64,000 nucleotides of DNA from positions 310,001 to 374,000 of the forward strand of contig MU058844.1 of assembly GCA_013265495.1 (NCBI GenBank). The letters are read 5' to 3'. Below are positions 1 through 14,204 of this stretch, one piece after another (within the stretch, counting starts at the first letter, position 1; each line of letters starts with the position of its first letter). The stretch comes from Vicugna vicugna. Taxonomy: Eukaryota. The notes under the pieces were generated by a model, which ran no database searches, was not told where the DNA came from, and saw only the letters and a program-made list of their open reading frames with translations. The translations under genes and the position numbers were made by a program.

Positions 1-319
1 CTTCAAACTGTCAAGCAATTACCCCAAATAACACTGTGTTGGAAAAATATCTTGGGTTTCTCCATAAAAAGAGAACACGATGAGAAGAACAAGGCAACTT
101 GTAAATCCAATGGCTTATAAAAAATAAGAAAACAACAAGAAAAAAATGTCATTTACTATCTCCCATAGAGATGGACATAATTTCTTGATTGTTTACCTTG
201 AATCTAATTATCAACAAAAGTTCATTGACGAACCTGGACCAGATCCCACGAAATAAACATCCCACCCCAGATGTCATTATGGAATGTGGAAAGGTAGGAG
301 TAAGAAGTGGTCAAAAATG

Positions 320-540
320 TGGGCTGTGGTATCCAGCTGGACCGACCTGGGTTCGAGACTAGGCTCTGCTTCTGAATGGCTGCGTGACTTGGGGCAGGGG
401 GCCTAAACTTTCTGAATCTTGGTTTTCCCATCTGAAACATTGGGATAATAACAATGACTACCCCATGTCAGGCTGAAGCAAGACAGTGCGTGCAGAGCAC
501 TCAGCACAACTGCACACAGGAACCCCGGGAAATTGTTAGT
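320..540 (+). mobile_element. MIR
   Basis: CTGGGTTCGAGAC...GTGACTTGGG...TTTTCCCATCTGAAACATTGGGATAATAACA core. Other MIRs at ~5215-5440, 15300-15490, 17690-17890, 32770-32970, 43230-43400 and 49380-49600. Confidence 0.75.
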
Positions 541-1794
541 GGGACTGTTACTGCCGTCGTTGAGGTGGTTGTTACCACGGAGTGGCCTGTTAAGCTGAAG
601 GCTGCGGAGGCTCAAAGGTCTGGATTTCGAGCTATTTTTGCAAGCGATGAACTACTAAAAATAGGAGGCACTGTTTACTCTCATAGCTTCGGGGAGCAGC
701 TATGACTTGGTCTCTGACCAAGTCGCTTCAGTGGTGGAGTAAACGGCCTTCTAACTGCCTCTCAGTTCAGACCACATCCTGCCTGGACCTCACTCCAGGG
801 AGGTTTGGACGACTCTGAAAAGCAGCTCACGTGAAGTTGCACAGGCCAGGCCCTCTGGAAGGCTTTCCCAGAGGAGTGGGTCTGTTGTATTTCCGGCTTC
901 ACCTAGGAAGCCGCAAAGATGGCACTTCCTGGGTTCTTTATCCCACCACTGCCACCTCATATAGTGTGAGGGCCAATGACTTTGGGGATCACAGAACACA
1001 GGGCTCAGAGGTACAGAAGAGCCCACTTCTCTCCTAGGAGCTGAGCAGTGAAGGAGAATCTTGCTACAACCCACCCTGTGGATTATCCTGACCATAATCC
1101 TAGAAGTTGAGGACCACCCAAACTCGATCCACTCCTGGTCCAAGGGACATCAAAGAGTAGGGACTCATCTCCAGAAATAATACCTCCCAAAGTCTCTTAG
1201 AGACCTGCCATTTACCTCTGAATCTTAATTGGAAACTGTATATGTTTCCTGGAGTTGATGTTTCCCATTGTAGGAAATATGCTCTCAAAGCCAACATGCT
1301 GTGTAGCTCACCTGACTTTATACAAGTGTATGGTATGTCTGATATGTATGTGTGTATGTGTATGTGTACATGTGTGTTCTCCAAATATGGAAGACGACAA
1401 TTTTCTTTTTCTTGTTTCTTCTTGACCACCCTGCAATCTACAGCATGTGCAGCATATATCTGAGCCTATGGTGATATGGTATCACAGTCACCGGCAAGCA
1501 ATGAATGACATCTAATCCCTTAAGGATTTTTTTAATTATATCTAGTTTATTTTTGTTATCAAAATTTTGGTGAAAATTTCCCAGTAAAGCCAACAGAGAG
1601 GGGAATAGGAGGCAAGAGTAAAGAAAGATTGCTATACAGTGTATCAAGATATTATATAATGCAATCAGAGTGAGTACACATGCTTAATTTTGTAACCACA
1701 CATAGATACAGAAGCACCGAATAGAATCACGGATCCTAGGGTTTAGAAGGGATTTCAGATTACCCAAATGCTGGATACTTTAAAAAAATAAAAA

Positions 1795-3620
1795 AATAAT
1801 TATTTGCAGACAATATGATTGTCTATATAGAAAAAAATCCAAAAGACTCTTCAGACAAACCACTAGAAATAGAAAAGTTGCTGGATACAAGTGCACATTC
1901 AAAAATCAATAATGATCAATAATGATCTCATATCCCAACAGAAAACTAATAGAAGGTATAATTAACAAACAAAACCAAGATTCCACTAACAGTGGCAACA
2001 AAAACTTGGGGAACTTATAAACAAGTCTAACAAAGGAAATAAAAGATCTTTATGGAGTAAAGTTTGATTGAGGCACATAAAAGATCTAAATAAATTAAAG
2101 AATGAGCCACGTTCAAGTACGGGATGGGAAGACTCAGAGATGGCAATCTCTCCAAACTAATCTATGAATACATTGCAATTACAATGAAAATCCTTAAGTT
2201 TTCCCCCCCATGGCACATGACAGTTAACATAAGTTAACATCAGAACAAAAAAATACCCAAGATAACTTAGAAGAACAAAGACAATTCACCACACTAGATA
2301 GGAAAGCTATTATAAAACTACAGTAATTTCAAAAGAATAACATTGGTGTAGAAACAAATACAGCAAAACAGAATAGAGAGCCCATAAACAGACCCATGTT
2401 TATGGGAAAACTTGATATATGACAGGGATAACAGTACAAATCAGTAAGGAAAGGATAAAGACCATTTAATAGTGGTGCTCGATGACTTAGTTTTCCATTT
2501 GGAATAAATATTTTTAAATCCGTGCTTCTCCTCATTCACAAAATTAATTTCTATATTTCTATTCTATAATTTCTATTTCAATTCAACAATTAAAGTGGAA
2601 AGCAAGACTTTAATATTTTTATGACCCCAGAGTTGGAAAACACAAAACATAAAGAAAAATATTGGTAAATCTGACAATGGTAAAATTTTAAATGCTAACC
2701 CATCATCTTAAAAAGTGAAAAGACAACAGATGCACATTGCTGTATGTAAAATGTATAAACAAGGACCTACTGTATAGCACAGGAAACTATATTCAATTTC
2801 TTGTAATAACCTATAATGGAAAAGAATCTGAATATATATATGAATACTGAATTGCTTTGCTGTACACCTGAAACTAACATTGTAAATCAACTACACTTCA
2901 ATAAAAAAATAAAAATTTTTTAAAGTGAAAAGACAAACTAAAAATTGGAATGCATAAAACCCAACAAAGGTGTTTTCAATACATAAAATCCAACAAAGGA
3001 TTATTATCCAGAAATATAAAGAAATCCTACAAATTAAAAAGACAAGAACAAACAACCCAATAGGAAAGTGGGCATAGGATACGAATAAGTAATTCTCAGA
3101 AAAGAAAACCTAAAGGCCCCCAAAACATAGCAACTAGTCATCAGGAAATGCAAATTTTAACAATAATGACCTTCCATTTCATATCCATTAGATTGACAAT
3201 GGCTAAAAGCACAATACCAAATGTTGAGGATGTGGGGAAATGAAAACTCTCATACATGGTGACTATAAATTGATACAGTCTCTTTGCAATTGTGAACTAT
3301 CGGACAAGCTTACAACCTGCATACCTAAGGACCCCAGCAATTCTATTGCTAGATGCGGATCCCAGAAAAACACTAGTATCCTGTCCACAAGAATCCCCAT
3401 GACAGGATGCTTCAGGCAGAACTGCACGTAGGAGAAACAGGTATGTCTTCAAAGCCTATTGATAAGAAAATGAATAGATAAAGAAAATTTGGTAAATGTA
3501 TGGAATGGGATATAGCTATGAAAATGAATTCACTTTATCGAAAAGTATCAACATAAGCCAATCCTGAACCACAATGTTGTGTCCTACAGGCAAACTGCAT
3601 ATGGATAAGGTGATACCGAG
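1795..3620 (+). mobile_element. Old degraded L1 (ORF2 3' half)
   Basis: L1 ORF2 remnants such as TTATTTGCAGACAATATGATTGTCTATATAGAAAA and GGATTATTATCCAGAAATATAAAGAA; A-rich plus strand. Confidence 0.85.
2727..2921 (+). mobile_element. Younger L1 3' tail nested in the old L1
   Basis: CCTACTGTATAGCACAGG...CAATAAAA tail; perfect 15-bp TSD AAAGTGAAAAGACAA at 2712-26 and 2922-36. Confidence 0.9.
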
Positions 3621-4569
3621 CTTTTTCCCCTGAGTAGAAGGCACCACCACGCCCCTGATTGATCTCTTCCCTGGAAAACTGCAACAGCCTCATTGCTTCC
3701 CATTCTTGTCCCTTCCTGTGTCCTCTTCCACATGGCAACTGTGGCACATCCCTCTTAGACTTGTCAATGGCTTCCCACGGCACCCTTAATAAAATCCAAA
3801 CTTCTTACTGAGGTGTCTCCATCTTTCCTAATCTCCTCCTACTCCCTGCCTCCTTCTATCCTCCACCCTCTGACCTCACCTCCCTCCACTCTCCCTGCTG
3901 TTTACACTGCTCCATCCTCAGTGCATTTCTTGCTTTTCCACACACACACCAAACTCCTCCTCATGTGAGGGCATCAGCACTTGCCTGTTTTTGTTTGGCT
4001 TGTACCATCTTCATGTAGGGTTCGGGTTTAAATGTAATATCCTCAGCAGTATCTTCATTTCCCCACCTCCGACAATCCAAATCACAATATCCTATTTTAT
4101 CACTTCCACACAGTTACAGACATCTACAATTATCTCGCTTATTCATACATTTATATACTTAGGACAAGGGTTTCGCCTTATTCACCCAGGATCTGGAGCA
4201 GTGCCTAGCGCCCAGGAGGCACTCAATAAATATTTGTTGACCTATTTATTTAAATTTTAAAAACATATAAAACTATGCTATATGGTATTTACAGGCTCCT
4301 AGTCATGTAGTAAAAGATAAAAACACGGATGGAAAGGATACATACTAACTTTAGGGTAGAGTTTATCTCCGGGGAGGGTAGGTGCTCAATGGGACCAGAG
4401 AGTAAGACAATGAGACCTTAAACTCAATCTGTGATTTTCTTTTTAAGTTTTGAAAGAAATACATTTATTAAATCTACATATCTGAGTTATGGTTATGAAG
4501 TATTATTATAGTATTCTCTGTACTTTTCTGATCGAGATATTTCATAATAAAAACACTTTCATTTTAAGA

Positions 4570-4950
4570 GAGAGATTTGAAATAACAAAATTATAGAGAT
4601 GGAAAACAAATTCCTACTTGCCAGGGTTTAGGGAAGGGAGGATGGTAATTATAACTGAGTAGCATGAGGGAGATCTTAGCAATGATCTATAAGTTTTGCA
4701 CCTTGATTTCAGTGGTGATTACACCAATCTGCAGCTGATAAAATGGCACAGACCTATGTATACACTTAATACCAATGTCAGTTTTGTGGTTCTGCTTGTG
4801 CTACAGTTACACACAATATAACCACCAGGGGAAACTGGGTGAAGGGTACACAGTTCCTCTCTGTTCCTCTCTGTACTATCTTTGCAACTACCTTTGTAAT
4901 TTTTACATAATACAAATTTATTACTATTTCAAAATGGTTAAAAATTTTTA
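4570..4950 (+). mobile_element. L1M 3'UTR fragment
   Basis: AAATTATAGAGATGGAAAACAAATT...GGGAAACTGGGTGAAGGGTACAC, typical of L1MC-type 3' ends. Confidence 0.7.
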
Positions 4951-7900
4951 CAAATAGAGAAATATGTAGTTCATCTAAAATAATACTATTTCTATCTGAC
5001 AGAGGAGACAAGTGAGGCCCCCCAAAACAAAAGCGATTTGTAACAGGTGGTGTCCAGGGCAGGGCAGGGAGGCCTGCAGAACCTGCAGTGTTCTTTGAAC
5101 AATCAAGTCAGCAAATGCATGGGTTTACTACAGTCCTTGGTAGCCCTTCCTCTGATATAACAGTGAGTTCCCAGTGACAAACGCAGGCTGCACAGCAAGG
5201 CTGATGATCCCTAAATCATAAATCAGGTGCTAGAACTGGGTAACTTGGCTTCAAATCCCAGCTCTGCCACTGGATGTCCTCTACTTCAACCTCTTTGAGC
5301 ATCAGCTTCCTAATCTGCGAAATGGGGACAATGTGATTTGATTATACGCCACCCATGGTGTTTAAATCAGATAATAATACGTGTAGAGAGCTCACCATAA
5401 AATTTGGCACACAGTAAGAGTGCAATGAAGGGCACGAAACAGCCTGTTACCTGTGAAATAGACCCAAATACATCTACTATTTGTCCCAAGAACCCAATGA
5501 CACTGTCCAACCACACAATCAAGTTTGTATGCTAGGTGAAGGCTGGAGGTTCTTCCTGAGAAGTATTAAATTGTGGGTAAGTGGAGGTAGGGGTCAGGAC
5601 AGGGCTGAGGCCAACTCAGTAAAATTACCACAACTGCTTGTTAGGAAGTTCCTGAGAGACCTATACTCCCAGCAGAAAAAAGAAAAGAATATGAAACAAA
5701 ATGGCTCACTTTGTTTGTGTAAACCCATCGACCACTATAAGGAATAATCACAAATTCAATGCTGACAGAATATAGACTCTATTAGATTAACCAGACAGAA
5801 AGCCAAAAATAACTGTATACTTCAAGTTCCCAAAGACTACAGCAAGACTATAGGTTACAGTTGTTTAAAATTAGAAAGAAAGACTAGAGCACTTTTCTTT
5901 TGGTCATGAACAAACTAAATTTAAAACTACTGAAACTAGATTTCATCTGTGAAAAGAGAAGGACCAGGCTCTACTTTCACTTGGCCGAAGGAAAGCATTC
6001 CAGCTCCAGGAGTGCGCACACACACAAGAAATTGCACATTCAGTCTAGTCTCAAAAGGTACATTAAAGTTGACAACAAATCCACTTAAAATCCTGAAGTC
6101 AGAACAACAAAGAATGGTAGACGGAACTGGTCTTTCAACTGAATTCGTAGTGACAGGGTCTGCAACATGTCTTTAGAAATACATAAATCAGGCATCTAAA
6201 AGAGGGAGCAATCCAAAGTGCAACTCATTTTTAAAACTAAATCACAAAAATTAGTTAAAATACGGAAAGTATTCCTAAAGTTAAGTAACGGCTTGGAATC
6301 AGTAAAATATGTGTCTATTATTAAAAGAAAAAAAGTGAAGCATATTTGATTTTCAGTAATGAATAAGATTCCAAAAGCATAACCATCTATCCCCTTCACA
6401 AATGCTTCTAAATCAGTAATACTTTTGAGAAAAAGTGCTTGTTTCACTTTGACAGGATTTTAAGTATCCTAGTAAATCTAAGCTTAATACTCATCGCACA
6501 TTTAACAAAAGAAATGATGTTGACGTAATAAAATAACTCTCAGTAAATCCCTACTTTTAAAGTATTGCTGACTAGAAGAATCGGGACCCTGTGTTTCTGG
6601 CTGGATTAGTCAATTTGTTAATTCTGTTAATTGTCAATTGGTAATTCAATATTAACAGAATGTAGTAAAATTTTCTTAAGGTACTGGTTATATAATGAAA
6701 TTCTTTTTTAATTTTTATTTAAAAGCCAAAGATCAATGATCTGCAAGTAAAAATTTCTCCCTTAGCTGCTGGTATCCGAAAGCTGTTATTTCCCACTAAC
6801 TCCCTTATATAACAGTCTTTCTAGCAATGTGGGTAAATATGTATTCATATTATCAGTTGTCAGAACATCAGAATTCTCTGCAATGAATTAATTTCATATT
6901 AACTTCAAAAGAAAAGAAAGAATTAAATCTAAAGAAATAAGATAAGAATAATAAAAGGAACCAGAATATTTCTTCTTCTAGAAATAAAAAATGGAAAAAT
7001 CATAATTCCATTAGTAAATTGTTAATTAAAAGATAGATTTGGAAAAGAATATCTTCTAAAGTCTTAATAGACTTAAAAAGTGAGAAGAGTTGGGCAGTAG
7101 AGATTATAATAGTCAAAAAACATCTTTGTTTCACTTTTAAGCTTTTTTACAGAATATGTAAAGAGCTGTAAAAATGAAAGTACTATAATATTGAAGGTCA
7201 ATTTTAGTCAAAGTAAGAAAACGAGATTCAAAGTTAAGCTAAAATTTCCTATCTCAATTCCCTATTTTGATGTTATCTACATTCTTCCCTAAATTTAAAT
7301 ACATTTTTAACTTGAATTCATTATCATGAGAATTTAGATTATAAAAATGTATGTATGTGAAAATGTGAAAAGAACCTGAACTTAGAAACCCATTTATTTT
7401 TCACTTCTTATTTCGAAAACAATTTGTTTCCAAATTTCTAACGCAAATAATCCCCCAGGTGCTTCCTGCCAGTTGTGAAGAACATTCTGTTTAGGGACAA
7501 CATAGAACAACACATTTCACCTCCTCTCTCTTCCTGCTGGCTTCTAATGTGTTACTGGAAAATCAAGAGTTTGAAATTAAGAGTTTTGATTAGCCAGGCT
7601 CTCTATGCCTGTTGGTTTATTTCCTTTATTTTAATGGGTAAGCCTCTGTATGATAATGAAGTAGCTCACAAAGCCACTGAGATTCAGACCTTAAATGGGA
7701 AATTTAGTTCAGTTTGGGGTTTTTTCCTCCCTTTTTGCTGACACCTAAATCCTATTCTGAATTGATTGTGTCTTTGTTTAGGATGTTTTGAGGGTGAGAG
7801 CTGGGTTTTAAAAGAGTCATTTTTCAAAAAGCAGGTATTTTGTGAAATAAAATACTTGTCAAAATTCTGTAATTCCCACAGAGTCGGCTATAATCTAAAA

Positions 7901-8829
7901 GGTATTTGGAGAAGGTATTAAATAATCATTTATAAAACAATTTAACAGCAACTTGAATCACAGATTATTTTGAAACTTGACTTACATCTTGGTATCTGGT
8001 CTCATCTGTAATAAGTGTTACCTATAAAAACCTTAAATTAAAAATAAGAAATGAAGTGCTTCTGTATAGGTGGAATGCTTTAAGCATCTGACGTTATAAG
8101 CAGATCAATATCCCATGGGAGGTAGTATCAAGATACAGAGTCTGATCACTGTGGTGATAACCGTGGCAAAGTTAATCCCCTCTCCAGGACCACCGTTCAC
8201 TTCTACAGTAAACCAATTTAGTTGTCCCTTGAACTGGCCACCCCTCTGGTATCATGCATAGGTGCAGAGGATAAGTGGTTGGTATGCAAAGAAACAAACA
8301 CAAAAAGAGAGACAGAGAAGAGAGAAAACTAGGATAAGGGGATAGAGCATAGGGTGACAGACAGTTGTTAAAGGAGGAACTTTATACCATAGTTGTGCTC
8401 AACCAATATCCTCTGAACAGAACTCACTGAAGATGGTATTATTACACGTTAAAAAATATATATATATATTTCTGATTCTGCCCTAGGATTTCTCAAGACA
8501 GTCAGTTGTTTTAACTGGAGTCACAGTCAAAGCCTGAAGCCATCTGCCTGCCCCATAGCTCTGAATGTCTCTGGTCCTGCAGGGTCTGAGGTTCTCAGGC
8601 TGCTCAGCCAGGCTTCTTGCTAGTTCGAATGGCCTGGGGCAGAGCACTTAACACTCGGACATCCTTTCTGGAATGGAGATTTAACTTCCAGATTGGTCAC
8701 TTAATTAGCAAGTGAATAAGCTTTTTTGGTCTGAATACTAAATGTGCTGTTTAAAAATTAACAGTAGTTCAAGGAAAACCCTCAATTATATTTAACAATT
8801 TAAAAGACAGTAACTTATTTAAACCTGAA

Positions 8830-9420
8830 ATATTAATTGGCACAACCATTTTGGAATATAACTTGGAAATAGCCATTAAAATATTAATGCACATATCCTT
8901 TGACCCTGAAATTTCACTGCTAGAAATTTACTCAACATATATATTCCCATAAAAACACAGCAACATTAGCACAGAGATTTACTCTGTGATGTTTACTGTA
9001 TCATTGTTTGTAACAGCAGAAAGCTGGAAACAACCTAAATGCTCATTGGTAGGGGATTGGTTCAATCAACAATGGTGCATTCATACCATAAAATATTGTA
9101 CAGATGTTAAAAAGAATGATGTAGAGGTTTTTTTTAACCATAAAAGGTATATAAAGCTATATAGTTATAGAGAAGTCTCAAATATTAAATTTAAAAAGCA
9201 AATTGCAGAGCAGAATGCATAGTATAATACGAATTGTGTGTGTGTGCTTTTTAAAAACAATTTAAACATACACTTATCTTGTGTTAAAACAATTCTGGAA
9301 GAACAAAGAAACTTTTAAAGACAGTGACCTCTAGAGAGTGGAACTGGGCTGGGGAGGGGGTCGTTGGCAATTTTATTTTTCACTTCATACTCTCTGAACT
9401 GCTTAGATTTCTAACCATGG
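8830..9420 (+). mobile_element. Old L1M 3' fragment
   Basis: ATATCCTTTGACCCTGAAATTTCACTGCTAGAAATTTA and CTGGAAACAACCTAAATG motifs. Confidence 0.75.
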
Positions 9421-9429
9421 TAATAACCA

Positions 9430-10140
9430 CGTTATTACTTTCAGAACAATTGACGAACCAGCTAGTAATTAAGCTTACGTTAAACCTACACTAACAGAAA
9501 CAGAACGGATGCTCTTTTATGGGACAGTCGGTGGCAGCCACTTTGCCTAGCCACGTTCTCATCTGTACCAGGATAACCAAGCCAATGAGAACAGATGTTA
9601 ACCCATTAGCTACACAGCAGAATTGTTCAACAGAGCCGTTTACCCTCCACACCACACTCGTCATGGTGTGTTTCACGATTAAACACTTTGACTTCGATCA
9701 GTTTCTAAACACCTTCCTTCCGACAGTACGTTACAGGAGGTCTAGGAGCCGGAGCGGCGCCGGGACGCGTCTAGGAGGAGCTGCTCGGGCTACAGCCGCG
9801 ACTGGGCTCCGCACTCAAACAGGCTACACACAAAGGACTTTTTCTGCATCACCCGGTGGCGCCAGGATCACTTCTCTGTCGACAGCCCGAGAGCACGTCG
9901 CAGTAGAGCCAGCCCCGGTAGCAACTCCGGTTGAAAATTCTCAAGTAGAAAGAGCGGAAGCTCTTAAAAGCGAGGTTCCTCCTCCCGCAGACGACACACT
10001 TTCTTCTCCTTACTGCTGTCTTTTTCATTCTCCCTTAACCAGTTCCTAGAAACATGCACCCGAGCTATTTCGTTTCTGGTCTTGTATATGTAAATCAAAG
10101 TCAACTGTTCGTCTCGTACTGATTCGGTTTTTACCTCCTT
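9430..10140. promoter_or_regulatory. Orphan CpG-rich island (candidate promoter/enhancer)
   Basis: About 35-40 CpG in ~700 bp (hand count) within CpG-poor flanks; CCAAT, X-box-like, ETS-like and STAT5 motifs. Confidence 0.6.
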
Positions 10141-10670
10141 GATTAACCCTAAAAGTCTTCTCTTCTGGTGCTTCATTAACCTGCTCATGAAATGTCTTTG
10201 GAAAAAGTTGGCTTAAATCTTTCTTCCAAATCTAAAATTTCCCCCAACTAAAATTATATTTCAATAAAGCAATTTTTAAAGAATAGTCATTTTGCTCCAA
10301 GAGTATTCTGAGGCTTAACTGCAGTGCCAACGAGTAAAAACTTGTTATCCAGACAGTTAGTGTTGAGAGAGAAGCCAGGAAGTTTAAAGGAAAGTTAACT
10401 CATTGTATTACCATGTAATCTCTCATTTCTTCACAAACAATCTCTAACTTGCTCTTCAAATATTTATAATATAAATGAAGAAAAAGGACTGTGGTTTTCA
10501 CATGTAAATTGGGAAGCTAACTTTTCTGTAGTCCTTTTCTCCCAAACCCTGAAAGCCCTCCCTCCAATAAAACAGCAAGAACAGTAAACAGCAGTCAAAT
10601 CTCAAGGTTAACCCCAGAGCAATTTTTCTGGTTGCTGGACTGAGAAATATTATTAGAAAATAAGGGAAAA

Positions 10671-10985
10671 AGAGGACACAAATAAACCTGTTTACAAAAC
10701 AGAGACAGCTCACAGACATAGAAAACAAACTTATGGTTGGAGGGGCGAGAAGGGGGTGGGGAGGAATAAATTGGGAGTTTGGGATTTGTAGATGCTAACT
10801 ACTATATACAAAATAAGCAACCAGATCCTACTGTGTAGCACAGGGAACTATGTTCAATACCTTGTAATAGCTTATAATGAAAAAGAGTATGAAAAGGAAT
10901 ATTTATGTGTAAATGAATCACTATGCTGTACACCAGAAATTAACACATTATAAATCGACTATACTTCAATTTAAAAAAAAAAGAA
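10671..10985 (+). mobile_element. Cetartiodactyl L1 3' tail
   Basis: CACAGACATAGAAAACAAACTTATGGTT...GCACAGGGAACTAT...ATACTTCAAT followed by an A-tail. Confidence 0.85.
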
Positions 10986-12319
10986 AAGAAGGGGAAAAGT
11001 AGCCTTTTTCTAAAAGTTTGGGGGCTAGTCTAGTTCAGTAGCTAAAACTGTATTTTACCATATTGGTAACTCTTAAAAAGTCTAGATGCTGGCTTACTTT
11101 TGTCATAAATCCATACTAACAAACCAGTACTTTGTCAACCTTCACAGCTTTGGCACTAATGGAAGGTGCTGTTAACAGCCCTCAAAACTGAAGTTCCTTT
11201 ATTTCTTCTGCCACTTGAGAAAAAGTTCTGCCACAAAATTCTAATAACACTAAGTTCCTACAAATCAACTTGGAAATGTCTAAATGTGTTTTTCCTAGAA
11301 AAAGTGCCAGACATCAATTTTATCTGGCAACTATCAAAATACATCAGATCACAAAACTATACATTCCTGGACCTCACAAGAAGCATAGCAAGGAGTTTCA
11401 GCCAGCCAACCAAAGGGCTCAGCTGCAACTCCATCTGTAGTCCACAACTTAGGCAATAACACTGAAATTAACCACTGCTGCCAAGGCAGGAACACCACCC
11501 TCCAACACCCTCCTCCCTGCTCTCCCCACCCAAGAAAAGTAATGGGCAGAAATTTCAAACCCACCTTCTCAATTTCTGGTTTAAGATTACATAGGATTAT
11601 TCAATCCACCAGCAGACTAAACTCAGTTTCACAAAAACAACCAGAGAGCCCAAGTAAATGGAATTTTTATTTGCACATTCTGTGTTATTTCATATGAAGA
11701 CAAATGACAGAAAACATGGGAATTCAGGAGAAAGAACCAATTCCTAGAATGTGACAGTTAGTATATCTTCTGTAATTAGAGTGTGGTACACTTGATGTAC
11801 ATAGTGACCTGGAAACAGAAAATGACTTTGGAATCTATCATTTATTCAACACCTAAAGGGAGAAACATAGTGAGGAATTACAAGGCACTTCCTGCACCGA
11901 ATTTGCCATCTAACTAGAGACGTAACACTTTAAGAGTTCAGAAAGTTTTAAGACTGGCAGGTGGAGGGGAGGAAAGCACAGGATGGTTGTTTTTCTTTGT
12001 CTTTCCATACTACTTGATTTTTTAAACCATGCTACATGTGTGACTGATAAAAGTTTAAGACTTTCATAACAACAGCACTGGTAAGGAAGGGACAGATGTG
12101 ACAAGCAATAGGAAGAATTCTGCCTTGATGGGAGAAGTAGGGTGCATGTGGATACCTCCCTCTGCTTTATGCTTCAGATCAAGTTCACTCTGTCTCCAGA
12201 ATCTCCCGCAGATTCTTCCTCTTCACCCTCCTCCTCACCACTGCCTTAGGCTACAATGAACTCCCCAGTCACCTTCCTCTGGTGCATGAGTTCTGACCTT
12301 TCATGACCATTTTGACCGT

Positions 12320-12760
12320 CCAGCCAAGACTATGGACCCCATCTCAGAATACTGTGTTTACACCTTGAAACTAAATACACAGATCACAAAAGATCAGTTC
12401 TATTAAAATGCACATTTCAAATTATTTTTAAAACTCTGACATAATAATATACATACTTCTTTATTAACTCATTAAATGACAATGTAGCTGTGGGTCTAAT
12501 GGCTACAGTGATTTTGGTTTAGTGAAAAATATGAAGGGTTGGAGATTTCTGCAACAACTGTATTATGGTATCAGAATGCCTGATTTCTAATGGTGATAAA
12601 CTCACCTCTTCTGCTAATTCTACTGTGACCAGATTCATATTTGAAAAAAATGCTCAATTTCAATTAGACATTAATGACAATAACAATGTTAATTTTTTCC
12701 CGATTCAAGTTCACAGATCCCAAGCTTTCTATCCATGGATCTCTTACAAGTCCAAACACT
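12320..12760. mobile_element. Probable hAT-type DNA transposon relic
   Basis: AT-rich block ending AATGCTCAATTTCAATTAG...TTTTTCCCGATTCAAGTTCACAGATCC resembles Charlie-type relics; family uncertain. Confidence 0.4.
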
Positions 12761-14204
12761 GGGATAAAAAGCGCTGATCTTGAGTCATGCCAACCAGACC
12801 AGCCTCCACACTGCCACAAGTCTGATGCTGTCATTTTCCATCTCAAAAATCTTCAACAACTCCCTTGCTCCCTGGGTGAAATACAAACATTTTTGAAAGG
12901 CAGGAAAAGCCATTGCTCTGTTCTCTGCTCACAAACACAGGCTTCTCCCCACCTTGGTTTCCCCTTTTGCATTGGAAGCTCCACCCACAATGGTAGAGCT
13001 CTCACACTTCCGGATTCTTCCCTTGGAACTCCCTGGCCCAGCCTGTCAGCCAGGCCAACTCTTTTTTTAAATGCCAGGTGAAAAGCTATCCCCTCACTGA
13101 TGCCTTCCAGCAGACCCAAGTGTTTCATCTCAGCTCCCACTGCTCTTTGTACATCTCCCCTTATATTGATTATCTTATTGTATTATAACTGTTGGGCTGG
13201 CATGTGTGTCTCCCTACCACCCAGACTCTTCTTAAGGGTGCAGACTTTTGTGACTTTCTCTGGGACATTGCCTCCTGCCTGGCACAAGCAGATACTCAGT
13301 AAATATTTGTTGAATGATGGAGTGAATGAATGACTAAATAAATGAAAGAGATAAATATGAAGACGGAGAAGGCAAAGATTACAGTTTCTAATTTGGCTTA
13401 ATGAAGAAAAAGTGAAATGCAAAATAGAGGAAAATATAGTGTTCATAAAGTTTTAAGGTAAGGGCATTTTGTATATTCTAATTTTTTTCAAAGATCACCC
13501 GTGAATGCAGTAGAAGATAATTGTCCATTAAAACACAATGGTTATTCTGATATTCTGATTATACATAAATCTGCTATATAAAAAGACCTCAACCTAGAAA
13601 TAGATTGCATTCTAAAACAGGGTTTGCAAACCAGTTGCCTGGAATTTAGAATAAACTTTCCTTCAGAAGTCAATTAAAAATGGTGATAAAGTGTCCAATT
13701 TATCACACAAAATTCCATTTGATTTGTATTGTGCTTGAATGGCTCCATGTTTAACTGAAAATTGGTAGAAAATAATACTATTCAATACTCTGGCAATATA
13801 GCCAATCAAGCAAAGCAGTAAGCAGAAGTGAATGTGAACATGATTTATCTTGAATATTAACATTAGAGGAAAGACTGGTTTAATTTTAGCAGAGCGAGGA
13901 AGCCCAGAGAGGTATTTGTGAAGATCAGAAGGAACTTCTGGTTATTTCAGAAGCAAAAAGTTAGTAACCCTAGCTCTTTAAGATGTATAATTTCATTTCA
14001 AGGCCGGAGACCTTTCCTTTTGGCTCACAAATGGCTCCCACAAAGGAAAAAGAGAAATTTTGTTTGCAGTACTTGAAGAAGTTTTGGAAAACAAAGAGGA
14101 AGGAGGAATGGAATTAAAGAGGCCAGATGTGTCCTGTAAAGTTTACCTGAGGTCAAATGAGTTAAGCTAGGGAGAGAAAAAGAGAAGGCAGCAAGGTATA
14201 CATG

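Noticed and set aside
894..913. Hairpin CGGCTTC-ACCTAG-GAAGCCG
   Set aside because: A 7-bp stem is expected by chance and has no ncRNA context.
6600..6660. Cluster of TTAATT/CAATT homeobox-like words
   Set aside because: Lies in very AT-rich sequence and cannot be separated from background without conservation data.
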